From contig OY969811.1 of the NCBI GenBank assembly GCA_963703315.1, forward strand, positions 1,632,001-1,696,000: a stretch of DNA of 64,000 bases, given 5' to 3'. A model generated the notes under the pieces. That model did no database searches, was not told where the DNA came from, and saw nothing but the letters and a program-made list of their open reading frames with translations. Below, one piece after another: positions 63,791 to 64,000 of the stretch. The translations under genes were made by a program, and so were the position numbers. The DNA is from an uncultured cyanobacterium (lineage in GTDB: Bacteria; Cyanobacteriota; Cyanobacteriia; Pseudanabaenales; Pseudanabaenaceae). Positions within the stretch are counted from its first letter, which is position 1. Each line of letters begins with the position of its first letter.

Positions 63791-64000
63791 CTAATCGTCA
63801 TCCTCATCAAAATTGATGTCACTGCGATAAGCCGACTCATAGGTTGGACGATTTGGGGTACGGCGTGAGCCAGTATCAACCATCAAGTCCACCTCTGTAT
63901 CTTGGTTGCTACCATCTTCAGATAGTTTGTGAACTGACACATCCAAACAGAGTGACTGAAGTTCGCGCACCAGTACCTTAAATGACTCAGGTGTTCCGGG
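63791..64000 (-). CDS. rpoB: RNA polymerase beta subunit, 3' end (partial)
   Basis: [21 protein letters not shown]...RPTYES...DEDD*. Confidence 0.95.
   Translation of the reverse strand, partial: PGTPESFKVLVRELQSLCLDVSVHKLSEDGSNQDTEVDLMVDTGSRRTPNRPTYESAYRSDINFDEDDD

Overview
A 64-kb chromosomal window from a cyanobacterium. Evidence: very dense HIP1 GCGATCGC sites and a split rpoC1/rpoC2; Pseudanabaena-like by inference. Core genes (rpsR, rpmG, ilvC, mrdA, pmgA-like, relA/spoT, dnaK, mdh, rodA, menG/ubiE, Ycf46-type AAA ATPase, rpoB 3' end, rpoC1, rpoC2) alternate with accessory blocks. (1) A NACHT gene with toxin-antitoxin (TA) genes at 1-2.7 kb. (2) At 5.2-9.9 kb, a collapsed Type IIG restriction-modification (RM) gene followed by four TA modules plus a relic. 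Each module is preceded by a diverged copy of the RM gene's own 3' end, and all four toxins are broken, each by a different lesion. (3) A YeeA/YeeB/YeeC-type methyltransferase-helicase-GIY-YIG locus whose methyltransferase carries an in-frame DUF559 nuclease domain bracketed by 99-bp palindromic repeats. (4) A small gene next to a membrane-anchored STAND-NTPase/WD40 receptor; the two share a ~27-aa Q/N/G-rich motif, suggesting amyloid-type signalling. (5) An IS1-family and an IS701-family element, each with clear ends and target duplications. Also present: a secreted iota-type carbonic anhydrase candidate, a ~53-aa insertion in RpoC1, and a dispersed family of intergenic hairpins with GC-N3-GC apices. 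No rRNA, tRNA or CRISPR array was recognised. Family assignments come from motif recognition by eye; no database searches were run.
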